Shown here: one piece after another, positions 19,832 through 29,745 of the stretch | Numbering within the stretch: the stretch's first letter is position 1 | Layout: the number at the start of each line of letters is the position of its first letter | DNA from: an uncultured delta proteobacterium | GTDB taxonomy: Bacteria; Desulfobacterota; Syntrophia; Syntrophales; UBA5619 | Direction of reading: 5' to 3' | Assembly: GCA_963817385.1 (NCBI GenBank) | Contig: CAWFOM010000031.1 | Coordinates: 136,452 to 200,451, forward strand | Length of the DNA: 64,000 nucleotides | Notes under the pieces: generated by a model | Seen by the model: only the letters and a program-made list of their open reading frames with translations | Databases searched by the model: none | Told to the model about the DNA's origin: nothing | Position numbers and translations under genes: made by a program

Positions 19832-20464
19832 ATGAAGAGATTATATTACTTAATTCTAATAATCCCGTTTTTCTTACCCGGATGTACAAGAAATATTAAA
19901 AATATTCCTACAGATGTTAATCCGACTGAGTCCATCATCGTTGGTCATATAGAAACGGTTCCAGGCCTCAGGGAATTCAGCCTATATGAAGAGATCAGCG
20001 AAACAGAAGATCAAATCGAAATTGCAGGTATGGGTTACGGTTTAACCAAAGCGAGTAAATTACAGAACCAAGGTTATCTCTTTAAGATTGTCCGTCCAGG
20101 CACCTATATTCTGCGCCTTCAAAAAATGATTGGGGGGAAATATGATCACGATAACATATTTCGGTTTGAAGTTCCGGAAGGAAAGTTGGTTTATTTTGGT
20201 ACCGTCAAGGTAGTGATTGACAATGTCTTAGGGCCATCTCTTCGAAGAGACAACATGCAATCCAAGACATCTATCATGTTCAAATATCATTTTGTAGGCA
20301 TTAATGAAGATGAAACACTGAAACATTTTGAAAATCAATACCCCCAGGCTTACTCATCCTATAAAGACAAAATTATACGGCTTCCGCCTTCCTCGCGGCC
20401 TACATATATGACATTACTTCCTACTGATCGTTGCTCGGACTATCACGTAGCCTTGTCATTTTAA
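19832..20464 (+). CDS. hypothetical lipoprotein
   Basis: Lipobox LPGC after a short hydrophobic signal; AT-rich 210 aa ORF. Confidence 0.65.
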   Translation: MKRLYYLILIIPFFLPGCTRNIKNIPTDVNPTESIIVGHIETVPGLREFSLYEEISETEDQIEIAGMGYGLTKASKLQNQGYLFKIVRPGTYILRLQKMIGGKYDHDNIFRFEVPEGKLVYFGTVKVVIDNVLGPSLRRDNMQSKTSIMFKYHFVGINEDETLKHFENQYPQAYSSYKDKIIRLPPSSRPTYMTLLPTDRCSDYHVALSF

Positions 20465-20526
20465 TGCCGGCACCAAGTGACCACCGCCGTTGCTGCTGAG
20501 ACATAATATATTGTGTATCGATTTGC

Positions 20527-20560
20527 AAAAAAAAGCAGTATCGTTTCCGATCCTGCTTTT
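20527..20560 (-). terminator. terminator between convergent lipoprotein and PEP-CTERM genes
   Basis: AAAAGCAG-TATCG-TTTC-CGATC-CTGCTTTT preceded by an A run. Confidence 0.65.
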
Positions 20561-20583
20561 CTGCCGTTAGTATTAATCCGGAT

Positions 20584-21363
20584 TTACTTTATGAATCGCC
20601 TGATTCCCGTAATACCCATCAAACCGAGGCCAAGAAGCAGTATCGTGGTTGGTTCGGGAATCTTTGCAAATTCAGTCGTGGCCGGTTCGGGAATCTTTGC
20701 AGACTCAGTCGTGGCTGGTTTGGGAATCTTTGCAAACGGAAAGGCTAAATACCCGAAATTATCCATTGAATTCAGATCCGCAATCGAGAAATTAAACGAT
20801 CCGCCTTCCGCCGTATCGAGGTCATGATAATAATATCCGCTAACTGTTGTAAATGCATCTTCCGATGCATCGTAACCGCCAGTTGAGCTGTCGCTCGGGG
20901 AGGCGACGAAGATATTATCAGTGGAATCATTTGTCGCTTCAACGTGTATTTCCCACAACCGGTCCTGCCAATTGCTCCAATTGAAGGAATCGCGCTCAAA
21001 GGCCCCGTCTAGCAGGGTTATTCTGTAGGTCCCGGGGAGACCCGACAGAGAATCCCCGAGCAACTGATCAAAAGACCGGATGTTGCCGGCGGATTCTATT
21101 TCAGACCAGTAGGCAATGTTTCTTGCGGTCGCGAAGCTGCTAAAATCACTTTTCAAAGTCCAGTCAGCGGTGTCAGCTGAAACCGTATGAGGTACATTGT
21201 CAATATCCACACTTCTAGGATAGGCTTCTTCGCTCAGGTATTGACCGGAATTCTCTATGGCATCAATAGTGATCGGCACGACGAAAGCCATATCATCAGC
21301 AATCCCCATGGAGAGAAGAACAAACATCACGGTTATTAGATATTTTTTATAAAAAGGCATCAT
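20584..21363 (-). CDS. PEP-CTERM sorting domain surface protein
   Basis: N-terminal signal; C-terminus IPEPTTILLLGLGLMGITGIRRFIK. Confidence 0.88.
   Translation of the reverse strand: MMPFYKKYLITVMFVLLSMGIADDMAFVVPITIDAIENSGQYLSEEAYPRSVDIDNVPHTVSADTADWTLKSDFSSFATARNIAYWSEIESAGNIRSFDQLLGDSLSGLPGTYRITLLDGAFERDSFNWSNWQDRLWEIHVEATNDSTDNIFVASPSDSSTGGYDASEDAFTTVSGYYYHDLDTAEGGSFNFSIADLNSMDNFGYLAFPFAKIPKPATTESAKIPEPATTEFAKIPEPTTILLLGLGLMGITGIRRFIK
20643..20736 (-). repeat. 33-bp tandem repeat x3 triplicating the PEP motif
   Basis: TCGTGG(TT/CC/CT)GGTT(C/T)GGGAATCTTTGCA units encode AKIPKPATTES/AKIPEPATTEF/AKIPEPTT. Confidence 0.9.
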
Positions 21364-21441
21364 AGCTAAATTCTTTTACGCATCAAATAGGGGTGCGGCC
21401 CTTTCTCCGAGCTGTCAGACACTTCCAATATTTGTTTACAT

Positions 21442-21469
21442 AGTATAATATTACATTGAAAAATGTCAA
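21442..21469 (-). promoter_or_regulatory. sigma70-type promoter of PEP-CTERM gene
   Basis: Minus strand TTGACA-16 nt-TATACT, immediately followed by TGTAAACA. Confidence 0.55.
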
Positions 21470-21502
21470 GCAATTTTTAAATTTCTTTCCGTATCAAGAG
21501 AT

Positions 21503-22000
21503 TTAAATCAGGTAAGATTGTAAAGTCTTGTAGCTACTGAAATCAGAATCAACAAAAGAGGCCCCTAACTGATTATCTTCTGTGCTGGTAATTACGCGGT
21601 GGGGTCTGCATTTGATACTGATGGGTCTCTTTTCGTTGGGTAGCGTGAAGATAGCCTCAAACTCGTCGTCTTGACCGCCCATAGAAGAAATCTTGTCACC
21701 ATAACCATTCGATAAAGAGATCCGCATGCCTCCCAGAGAGATATCCAGGATGGTTCCTGCCTGCAATTGGCTGGCTTCGGCGTCCGGATCGCGAACCACT
21801 ACAGGAATGTTGACCCCCTTCCTTAAAAATCGCCTTTTTTCTTTCCCCGTGCTCGCCAGGGCGTTATTATCCTGCAAGTAGGAAGTGATGATATCTTCGA
21901 TGACCAAAGACATAGAACGCTTTGTCTTGTGGGAGATTGTTTCCAGAGCAGTCCGAATTTCTTGAATGGTCCGGAAACAAATGGTAATGTCTTTCCGCAT
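21503..22000 (-). CDS. ribbon-helix-helix + PilZ domain protein (putative c-di-GMP-responsive regulator)
   Basis: N-terminal ITICFRT...IRTALETIS...RSMSLVIEDII (beta-alpha-alpha pattern); PilZ motifs EKRRFLR (RxxxR) and DISLGG (DxSxxG). Confidence 0.8.
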   Translation of the reverse strand: MRKDITICFRTIQEIRTALETISHKTKRSMSLVIEDIITSYLQDNNALASTGKEKRRFLRKGVNIPVVVRDPDAEASQLQAGTILDISLGGMRISLSNGYGDKISSMGGQDDEFEAIFTLPNEKRPISIKCRPHRVITSTEDNQLGASFVDSDFSSYKTLQSYLI

Positions 22001-22114
22001 ATATGATTCCCGCCTGTTTCGTAAAATTAATTCCTATTGTTTACAATGCATAAGAAAGTTATACAAAATAGGTAATAATGTCAAGATAAATTTTATGTAT
22101 AACATCGCGATCGA

Positions 22115-23239
22115 TCATGTCAGCAATGCCGAGATTTCGCCTACCCGGGCCCTGGCATCGGCCTCCCCGATATCCATCAGAGTCTTGATATACCGTGCAT
22201 CGAACATGACCATGCTGAGCCAATCAAAACTTTCCGTTTTGTGAGTGCCGAACCGGCGGGTCAGGAAACGGAACGGCCGAGGTAGATCGGGTTCGAATTT
22301 TCCTGCGATTTTGCTTAAACTGAGGGAGGGGCGCAGTGTGAATGCGCGGACCAGGCGCAGCTTGAAGTCTTCCGGCACCGTTTCACGCTCCAGAAGCCGG
22401 TTGACCCGCTCCAGCCCCAGCACGTCCTGGTCCAGGTGCTCAACAAAAACGGCGCTCATGAGGATATCCATGATATGGGCGATGGATGGATATTCCCTGT
22501 GGGCGGCGGATCTTGCCTCTTCCAGGGACGGTTTGTAACGGGTTGAAACAGCCAGGATCCGCCTTGCCCCAAGATGCAGAGCAGGCGAGAGCGGCGCATA
22601 CTGACGAATGCCACCGTCGCCGTACCAGAAATCCCCGATCTTCACGGCCGGAAACAAAATGGGCAGCGCCGTGGAAGCCATAATCTGGTCCACCGTGATC
22701 TCCGTCATTACGCTGTGCCGGTCGGGCCGTTCCCAGATTTCGAAATTCTTTCCCTGGACCCACGTCACGCTCTGGCCGGTTGCGTAGTTCGTGGCCGTGA
22801 TGGCGACTGCTTTGAGTTTCTGCTGCCGGATGTTCTCGCGGATACCGGCCATCCCGCCGTCCGATGCGGCGAACCCCTCTTCCAGCAGCAGCCTTAGCGG
22901 CCACGTATCGACAAGCCCCTGGGAGTGCATCTGGGGGATGCGCCCGGAGAGAAGATGGACCCCCCAATGCAAAAGGTTCTTCGCAAGACTCCAGGCATCC
23001 GCCTTGAAAACATGGCCGATGCTGAGGCGCTGCCAAAATGAGCTGAGGGCGTTGATGGATTCGGCAAACGTACCCCGATAGTTGGCGATGAACGCGGCAT
23101 TGATGGCGCCGGCGGAAATGCCCGTCAGGATGGGGATGCGGAGGTCGGGGAAATAACCGGCAAGGCAGCGTAGAAAACCCACCTGGTAGGCCGCGTGCGC
23201 GCCTCCTCCGCTTAATACGAGCGCCAAATCATCGTTCAT
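22115..23239 (-). CDS. patatin-like phospholipase
   Basis: LSGGGAHAAYQVG, GISAG, DGG. Confidence 0.9.
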   Translation of the reverse strand: MNDDLALVLSGGGAHAAYQVGFLRCLAGYFPDLRIPILTGISAGAINAAFIANYRGTFAESINALSSFWQRLSIGHVFKADAWSLAKNLLHWGVHLLSGRIPQMHSQGLVDTWPLRLLLEEGFAASDGGMAGIRENIRQQKLKAVAITATNYATGQSVTWVQGKNFEIWERPDRHSVMTEITVDQIMASTALPILFPAVKIGDFWYGDGGIRQYAPLSPALHLGARRILAVSTRYKPSLEEARSAAHREYPSIAHIMDILMSAVFVEHLDQDVLGLERVNRLLERETVPEDFKLRLVRAFTLRPSLSLSKIAGKFEPDLPRPFRFLTRRFGTHKTESFDWLSMVMFDARYIKTLMDIGEADARARVGEISALLT

Positions 23240-23521
23240 CGATACCGCCTGCCGGAACCTGTTTACCCTGACAACAATTCTCGTTACAATGTGGAAGCGT
23301 ACTATGTGCTACCGTGTGAATCAATGAAAAAATGATCACCCGATAGGCCGGGATTGTCATGGCATCGATTTCATACTTTTTATGCGTAGTAGCTTTAACC
23401 TGTCAGAGAACTCTATATATTCCCCCGTAGCTATTATCAATTTTCCCATTTATAGGTAAATTGTACAATTAAACTCAAACTCGCTAACGAATCTTCGCTA
23501 AACCGAAAAACTGAGGCCGTT

Positions 23522-25328
23522 ATGGAGAAGACGATTCGTGTCTTGATATTAGAAGATGTGGCAACCGATGCCGAATTGATTGAAGAAGAACTACGATATG
23601 CCGGAATTGCCTTTAGTTCAAGGAGGGTGTCAGCAAAAAAGGCGTATCTCGATGAACTGGATAATTATTGTCCCGATCTGATCCTTTCCGATTATAATCT
23701 TCCCCAGTACGACGGGGAGTTAGCCCTCCTCGCGGCAAAATCAAGATGCCCCGATGTTCCTTTCATTCTCGTAACCGGGGCGATTGGAGAGGAGCTGGCA
23801 ATCGATATCTTCACCCAAGGGGCCGATGATTACGTCATGAAAGGGAAGCTCCAGCGGCTTGTTCCGGCCGTCCAGAGAGCCCTCGCGGAAGCCACCGAGA
23901 GAAAGTCCCGGAAGGAAGCAGAGGAGGCCCTCAGAAAAGCCCATGATGAACTGGAAATCATGGTTGAAAAACGCACAGCGGAATTGCAGAAAGAGATCTT
24001 AGAGCGCAGGCGCGCCGAGGAGACGTTGCAGAATGAGCGGTCATTTCTCCGAAAGGTGATTGACACGGTTCCCAGTACGATCTTTGTAAGGGATTCGAAG
24101 GGGCATTACCTCCTCGTCAACAAAGCGATGGCCCGATTCTTCGGCACAACGGTAGAGGAGATGGTGGGGAAAACGGACCATGAGTTCGATTTCATGCTCT
24201 CTTCAAAACAGATGCAATACCTTCCTCAAAAGGATCGCCAGGTCAGTGAAGACGGATCTGAGGTGCGCGCAGAGGCCAAAATCGCGGGCATTGACCGACA
24301 GTTTCATTGGTTTGCCACGGTTAAGGTTCCTCTCCTGGATGAAGACGGCGCCGATGACAAGGAACTCTTCGTCGCGACCGAAATCACTAAGCGCAAGCAG
24401 GCGGAAGACCTGCTCCGACAAAGTGAAGAAAAACTGCGATTGGCCCTGGATGCGGCCGCGCAGGGAACCTGGGACTGGGACATCATCGCCGATGAGCTGA
24501 TCTGGTCGGAAAAATGCAAATCTCTTTACGGCATCAAGCCCGGAGGCGGCGATGAACTACCCGTTGTTCTTGAACACCATCCACCCCGATGATCGCGATA
24601 GGATCGTTTATGCCATGAAACAGGCCCTGGAACAAAAAACGGATTATGATGTGGAAATGCGGGTTTTATGGCCGGATGGCACAGTACATTGGATTGCCTC
24701 GAAGGGTCGAGGTTTTTATGACGAAGCAGGCGAGGCCGTCCGGATGTCCGGTATGGCCTGGGACGTCACCATGCGAAAGCATTACGAAGAAGAGATTCGC
24801 ACCCTGTCGAATACCGATGAACTTACCGGTATTTATAACAGGAGGGGGTTTCTTACGTTGGCAGAGCAGGAGTTAAAGAGAGCGGAAAGGACAAAAAAAG
24901 GCGTGCTTTTCATCTATGCCGATCTGGATGGTCTGAAACTCATCAACGATACATGGGGCCATCAGAAAGGGGATGAGGCACTTATTGAGGCGGCAACGAT
25001 TCTCAAGGAGGTCTTTCGGGAATCCGATATCATTGCCCGCATTGGCGGCGATGAATTTGCCCTTCTGGTCTCCGAAACCCCTACGACATACGCAAGTAAT
25101 GTAAAGCTGCGCTTGCAACGCCAGATTGAACAGCGTAATGCTTCCGCAAACAGGGAATATCGGATTTCCCTGTGTATCGGTGTGGCGTACTACGATCCGC
25201 ACAATCCTGTTTCTCTGGACAAGCTCATATCCATTGCGGATTCTGCCATGTATGAGAATAAGAGGCGCGGGTCAGATTGCACAATAGAAAGGGTTGAGAA
25301 GATTAATCCCCGCTCTCTTGCGGTCTGA
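23522..25328 (+). CDS. REC-PAS-PAS-GGDEF diguanylate cyclase, frameshifted near 24540
   Basis: Receiver (ILEDV, LSDYNLP, DYVMK), two PAS domains, DELTG, NDTWGHQKGD, RESD I-site and GGDEF; one extra base in AAGCCCGG splits the two ORFs. Confidence 0.85.
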
Positions 25329-25410
25329 CAATCACGCTGATGTCCAGGAAATCTTTCGCGGGCTTTACCATTTCACTTCCTTACCGATCTTCGCCATCGC
25401 TAAATGATCA

Positions 25411-26721
25411 TCACAGCATCTGCGCCAGGTAAATAAAGACGGGAAGCGGGGAGACCATCTTAATCTCCCCGAACTCATGCAAAGTCTGCCTTCGCTGCGA
25501 AGCTCCGAGCAGCGGAGAGAGGTAGACAACCCCTTTGGCTCTCGCCGTCGTCTCTTCCGCGAGCAGCGTTTTGATCGCCTCCACATTCCGGGAAGGGAGA
25601 TCAGCACCCAACACACAATTGCAGGTTACCGTAATGTTGGACCAGCCTCGATTTACTTCCTGCATTTTTCGAAATGCCCCCTTCACGCTCTCTGCCTGCA
25701 ACGGCTTGCCCAACCTGTCCAGTGTTTCCTGATCGGGTGACTCCAGACCGATATTGATCGAAGTAAGATAGGGCAAACGGTCCAATCGATCAAAAAAGGC
25801 ATTATCCGCCCCAAGAAGCGAATCCACGCTCCCGAAGAGGAAGAGATTGGGTTTTCCCCGATGAAAAGATGCGGATAGGTTCAGGAGATCGTAGGCCATA
25901 CCGGCCGCGCCGACGAGGATATCCGCACCCGCCGCCAGGGCGTCGTTTTGTCCCAGCACCAACGAGTTGTAATTGACCAGATCGGCGCCATAAAAATCTT
26001 TCAGTGCCCGTAGCTGTGCGGCAATGTTCCGCCGGCTCCGCACCCGAAAGGCGCCTGCCGTTTTAAAACGGCAAAAACGGCAATTGTACCGGCACCCTTC
26101 GGCTACCATCAGGGGAATGACTTCATAATCGACATCAATGGTGTCGGGCGGCAGCACCGGCAGGTTCGCCCCGATAATGCGGTGAAGCGTCTCTGCCTCT
26201 CCCGCCAGCGCTTCCCTGCCCCTGGTTGCAATCTTCCGGAGGAAATCCCGCGGCCTGTCGCAAGCGGCAGATTCAGCAAGCCTGCCCGCGTCTTCCACCA
26301 GTCCGTCAAAGGCGCTAAGCGCCTGCCGGACATGACGGCCTTCCAGGGGTTTCCCCGTGAAAATATCGCAATCATACCTGCCGTTGAACGGTACATAGTA
26401 GTTCTTGACCAGATCGTAACTGGATTCGTAACCATAGGTACCGTAATAGATAAGATCGTTTCCGTCGGTCCTTTTCAGCACCTCCTGGGGATCGGGCCAC
26501 ACGGAAGGCTTGCCCGCAACCTTTTTCAATCCGCCTCGGAGATTAAAATCATACTTGTACCCCCGCCAATTTATCTTGACGGGGATACCGTACCAGACGG
26601 GGAAGCTGAACTTCCCCCAGTCATCCCGACCCGCACAGTCGAAGATGACCTCCATATCTTCCAATTGATACCGTTCCATCGTCAAAGCGGTCCTCAGCGC
26701 CGCTATCATTAACTCTCTCAC
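25411..26721 (-). CDS. radical SAM protein with unassigned N-terminal domain
   Basis: GCRYNCRFC (CxxxCxxC), INIGLES...LDRLGK. Confidence 0.8.
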   Translation of the reverse strand: MRELMIAALRTALTMERYQLEDMEVIFDCAGRDDWGKFSFPVWYGIPVKINWRGYKYDFNLRGGLKKVAGKPSVWPDPQEVLKRTDGNDLIYYGTYGYESSYDLVKNYYVPFNGRYDCDIFTGKPLEGRHVRQALSAFDGLVEDAGRLAESAACDRPRDFLRKIATRGREALAGEAETLHRIIGANLPVLPPDTIDVDYEVIPLMVAEGCRYNCRFCRFKTAGAFRVRSRRNIAAQLRALKDFYGADLVNYNSLVLGQNDALAAGADILVGAAGMAYDLLNLSASFHRGKPNLFLFGSVDSLLGADNAFFDRLDRLPYLTSINIGLESPDQETLDRLGKPLQAESVKGAFRKMQEVNRGWSNITVTCNCVLGADLPSRNVEAIKTLLAEETTARAKGVVYLSPLLGASQRRQTLHEFGEIKMVSPLPVFIYLAQML

Positions 26722-26909
26722 GACAAACTTTCAAGGGGAATCGCCATCTCTTCGCGGATCCGATCCGACCTGGCCCGCTGTCTTCCCGGCCATTTTTGTG
26801 CGGCGCTCCGAAGAGCAACTATTTCTTGACAGCCTCCCGGAGAATCATATATGCTCCCGCGCGAAATTGAGGGCGGACTTCGTTACCACGCCACTTCTAT
26901 AAAAAAATT

Positions 26910-26985
26910 GGGGATGTAGCTCAGCTGGGAGAGCGCGGCGTTCGCAACGCCGAGGCCAGGGGTTCGATCCCCCTCATCTCCACCA
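26910..26985 (+). tRNA. tRNA-Ala(CGC)
   Basis: 76-nt cloverleaf GGGGATG...CATCTCCACCA, anticodon loop TT-CGC-AA, G3:U70 identity pair, encoded CCA; upstream TTGACA at 26826. Confidence 0.97.
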
Positions 26986-26995
26986 AAAAGGGAAA

Positions 26996-27040
26996 AAGGG
27001 GACAGGCGCGGTTGGTCAGCGCCTGTCCCCTTCGCGTTTA
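26996..27040 (+). terminator. terminator hairpin after tRNA (probably bidirectional)
   Basis: AAGGGGACAGGCGC...GCGCCTGTCCCCTT. Confidence 0.75.
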
Positions 27041-27134
27041 TTCCTGTTTTACACCACACACGCAGCTCCCCGGGCCGCCCCGGCGATGGTTGACACGCCA
27101 AATCATGCCCTCGTATTGAACGGCAAACGGGTGT

Positions 27135-28154
27135 TCAATCCTTGAAGATCTTTGCAAACCGCCGGGACTTCCGCTTCTTCCAGGCCCCCCGGTGCCAGGC
27201 GTAGCTCGCCAAAAGCGGCAGGACCGAGGTGGCCTCTGCGTAGACCATCTGCTCGCAGCTGCAATCCACCTTCCCCCAGGAGTTGGCCTCCTTCAGGGTC
27301 GAGCTGGAGCACGCCCCGTCGCGGACGTCGGCCACGGTGATCTGGACGGCGTATTTGTGCATCGGGACATCCTTCCCCAGGATCTCGGCGCAGACGACCG
27401 TGTCCTGGGCGAAGTTCTTCGGCACGCCGCCGCCGATCATCAGCAGGCCCGTCGTTCCCGCCTTGATCTTGACCTCGGTAAGCTCGCGGAAATCCTTTAC
27501 CGAGTCGATGGAGAGATGCGCCTTCGGGTGCTTCACCTGATGGAGGACGAGGCCGAATCCGGCGCTGCTGTCCGAGAAGGCGGGGCAGAAGATCGGGACG
27601 TCGTGCTCGAAGGCCGCCTGGACGAGGGAATCCTTCTTCACGGCGTGTTCGGTGAGGTGGCGCCCCATCTCCCGGATGAACTCCCGCGAGGAATAGGGGC
27701 GGGGAGGGAGGTCGTCGGCGATCGCCTGGACGGCCTTGTCACACGCCTGGAGACTCTCCTCGTCGATGAAGGTGTCGTAGATCCGGTCGATATAGAGCTT
27801 CCGGAGAACCCGGTCATCCACGAAGGGCGTCCCCTGGTAGTGTTTGAAACCAAGTGCCTCGAAGAAATCCATATCCACGATCGTCGCCCCCGTGGCGACG
27901 ATGGCGTCAACCATGTTGTTCTTCACCATCTCCACATAGATCTGCATGCAGCCGGCGGCGCTGGTGCTTCCGGCGATCGTCAGGATGACGGCGCATTTCT
28001 TATCGGCGAGCATCCGGTCGTAGATGTCGGCGGCCGCCGCCAGATCGCGGGCGGTGAAGGACATCCCGCGCATCTGCTCGATGATCGGCGTGGCGTCGAA
28101 CGAGGTCATGTCGATATGCCGGACCGGCGTCTTCAAATACTCTTTCTTTTTCAT
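27135..28154 (-). CDS. deoxyhypusine synthase-like protein
   Basis: IDRIYD, CPAFSDSSAG, IGGGVPKN, EANSWGK with the catalytic Lys. Confidence 0.9.
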   Translation of the reverse strand: MKKKEYLKTPVRHIDMTSFDATPIIEQMRGMSFTARDLAAAADIYDRMLADKKCAVILTIAGSTSAAGCMQIYVEMVKNNMVDAIVATGATIVDMDFFEALGFKHYQGTPFVDDRVLRKLYIDRIYDTFIDEESLQACDKAVQAIADDLPPRPYSSREFIREMGRHLTEHAVKKDSLVQAAFEHDVPIFCPAFSDSSAGFGLVLHQVKHPKAHLSIDSVKDFRELTEVKIKAGTTGLLMIGGGVPKNFAQDTVVCAEILGKDVPMHKYAVQITVADVRDGACSSSTLKEANSWGKVDCSCEQMVYAEATSVLPLLASYAWHRGAWKKRKSRRFAKIFKD

Positions 28155-28234
28155 AACCTCCCCTGTTATTGGTTATTGTGCTGCCGCTGCATCCCCTCCA
28201 CTCCCCCGGCGCAGCGGCCCCTCGGCCGGAGGCC

Positions 28235-28264
28235 ATTATAAAAGGGGCGGCGGGTAAAAGTCAA
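28235..28264 (-). promoter_or_regulatory. sigma70-type promoter of DHS-like gene
   Basis: Minus strand TTGACT-18 nt-TATAAT. Confidence 0.55.
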
Positions 28265-28386
28265 TCGCTCTCTCCGGCTCCGGCGGCAATAACCGGGTAG
28301 GGCGGGGTGACGTGATTCTTCCCGAAAAAATCGGCCTTGTCACAACGACGGATATCTGATACTTCCCCGCCATGGATAGGGGAAAC

Positions 28387-29745
28387 ATGAGAGATATCCT
28401 GAGCGTTTCAGCGCTCACCGACCGGATCAAGGCGCTCCTTGAAGAGGGGTTCGCCCTTGTCTGGGTGGAGGGAGAGGTTTCGAACCTGCGCCGGCCGGCC
28501 TCAGGCCACATCTACTTCACTCTCAAGGATGCCAAAAGCCAGATCCGGGCGGTGATCTTCCGGAACCCCTATGCGCAGCGGGGTTGGAACCGGCCCGTCG
28601 GCTTCGCGCTGGAGGAGGGGATGAGCATCGTCTGCCGGGCTCGCCTCACCGTCTATCCCCCCCGCGGCGACTACCAGCTCATCATCGACACGGTGGAGCC
28701 GAAGGGTCTGGGGGCCCTCCAGAAGGCCTTCGAACAGCTCAAGGCCCGCCTCGAGGCCGAGGGGCTCTTCGATGCGAACCGCAAGAAATCCCTCCCCTTC
28801 CTGCCGGCGGGGATCGGCGTCATCACCTCGCCGACCGGCGCCGTGATCCGGGACATCCTGACCGTCACCCGCCGCCGTTTCCCGTCGGTGAATATCCTGA
28901 TCGCCCCGGTCCGCGTCCAGGGGACCGAGGCGCCGGCGGAGATCATCCGGGCCCTCGGCGACCTCCAGCTCGCCCCCGGCATCGAGGTGATCATCCTCGC
29001 CCGGGGCGGCGGCTCTCTGGAAGACCTTGCCGCCTTCAACGACGAAGGGGTGGCCCGGGCGATCGCCCGCTCACGGGTGCCCGTCATCTCGGCGGTGGGC
29101 CATGAGACGGACTTCACCATCGCCGATTTCATCGCCGACCTCCGCGCGGCGACCCCCTCGGCGGCGGCAGAACTGGCCGTGCCGCTCCGCGCAGAGCTCA
29201 TGGAGACGGTGGAGACGCTCCACCTCCGCATGATCCGCCAGCGACGGCGGGAAACGGAGCGGCTCCGGCAGCGCGTGGCGGAACTCGCGGGACGCCTCCG
29301 CGACCCGAAGCGGCGTTTCGCCGACATCCGGATCGCCCTGGATGACGCGGTGGAGCGCATGCGGATCTCCCTCGATCACCTGCGGGCGGTACGCCGTCAG
29401 AAGTGGATCAACCTGGCCGTCCGCCTGGAACACAAAAATCCCCGGTCGCGGATCGCCGAGTGGCAACTGTTCTTTGAAATGCTTACCAAGGATCTCCGGA
29501 CGGCCTGGGAGAGGCAAGCCGGACAGCGGTCGAACCGGCTGGCCTCCGCGATGGCCCTGATCGATTCCCTGAGTCCGCTTGCCGTCCTCAACCGGGGCTA
29601 CAGCATCACGCGGCGGCTCCCGGACGGCCGCATCCTCCGGCAGGCAGTGGACGTCCACACCGGGGAGAGGATCGATGTCCGCCTCGCCGCGGGCAGCCTG
29701 CAAGCCGTTATCACCGAAACATTCAAGGAGCAATGCGATGGCTAA
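28387..29745 (+). CDS. xseA: exodeoxyribonuclease VII large subunit
   Basis: VEGEVSN, SGHIYFTLKD, ARGGGSLEDL, SAVGHETD, ATPSAAAE. Confidence 0.95.
   Translation: MRDILSVSALTDRIKALLEEGFALVWVEGEVSNLRRPASGHIYFTLKDAKSQIRAVIFRNPYAQRGWNRPVGFALEEGMSIVCRARLTVYPPRGDYQLIIDTVEPKGLGALQKAFEQLKARLEAEGLFDANRKKSLPFLPAGIGVITSPTGAVIRDILTVTRRRFPSVNILIAPVRVQGTEAPAEIIRALGDLQLAPGIEVIILARGGGSLEDLAAFNDEGVARAIARSRVPVISAVGHETDFTIADFIADLRAATPSAAAELAVPLRAELMETVETLHLRMIRQRRRETERLRQRVAELAGRLRDPKRRFADIRIALDDAVERMRISLDHLRAVRRQKWINLAVRLEHKNPRSRIAEWQLFFEMLTKDLRTAWERQAGQRSNRLASAMALIDSLSPLAVLNRGYSITRRLPDGRILRQAVDVHTGERIDVRLAAGSLQAVITETFKEQCDG

Noticed and set aside
20643..20736. CRISPR-like repeat
   Set aside because: In-frame coding tandem repeat with no unique spacers and no cas genes
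24800..25328. Hypr-type (3',3'-cGAMP-making) GGDEF next to patatin, i.e. a CBASS-like system
   Set aside because: Both cyclases keep Asp in GHxxGD (GHQKGD, GHKAGD) rather than the Ser of Hypr enzymes, and no CD-NTase is present
11700..26985. tRNA-anchored genomic island
   Set aside because: The block looks lower in GC, but it lies 5' of the tRNA, and no integrase or duplicated tRNA 3' end was seen by eye
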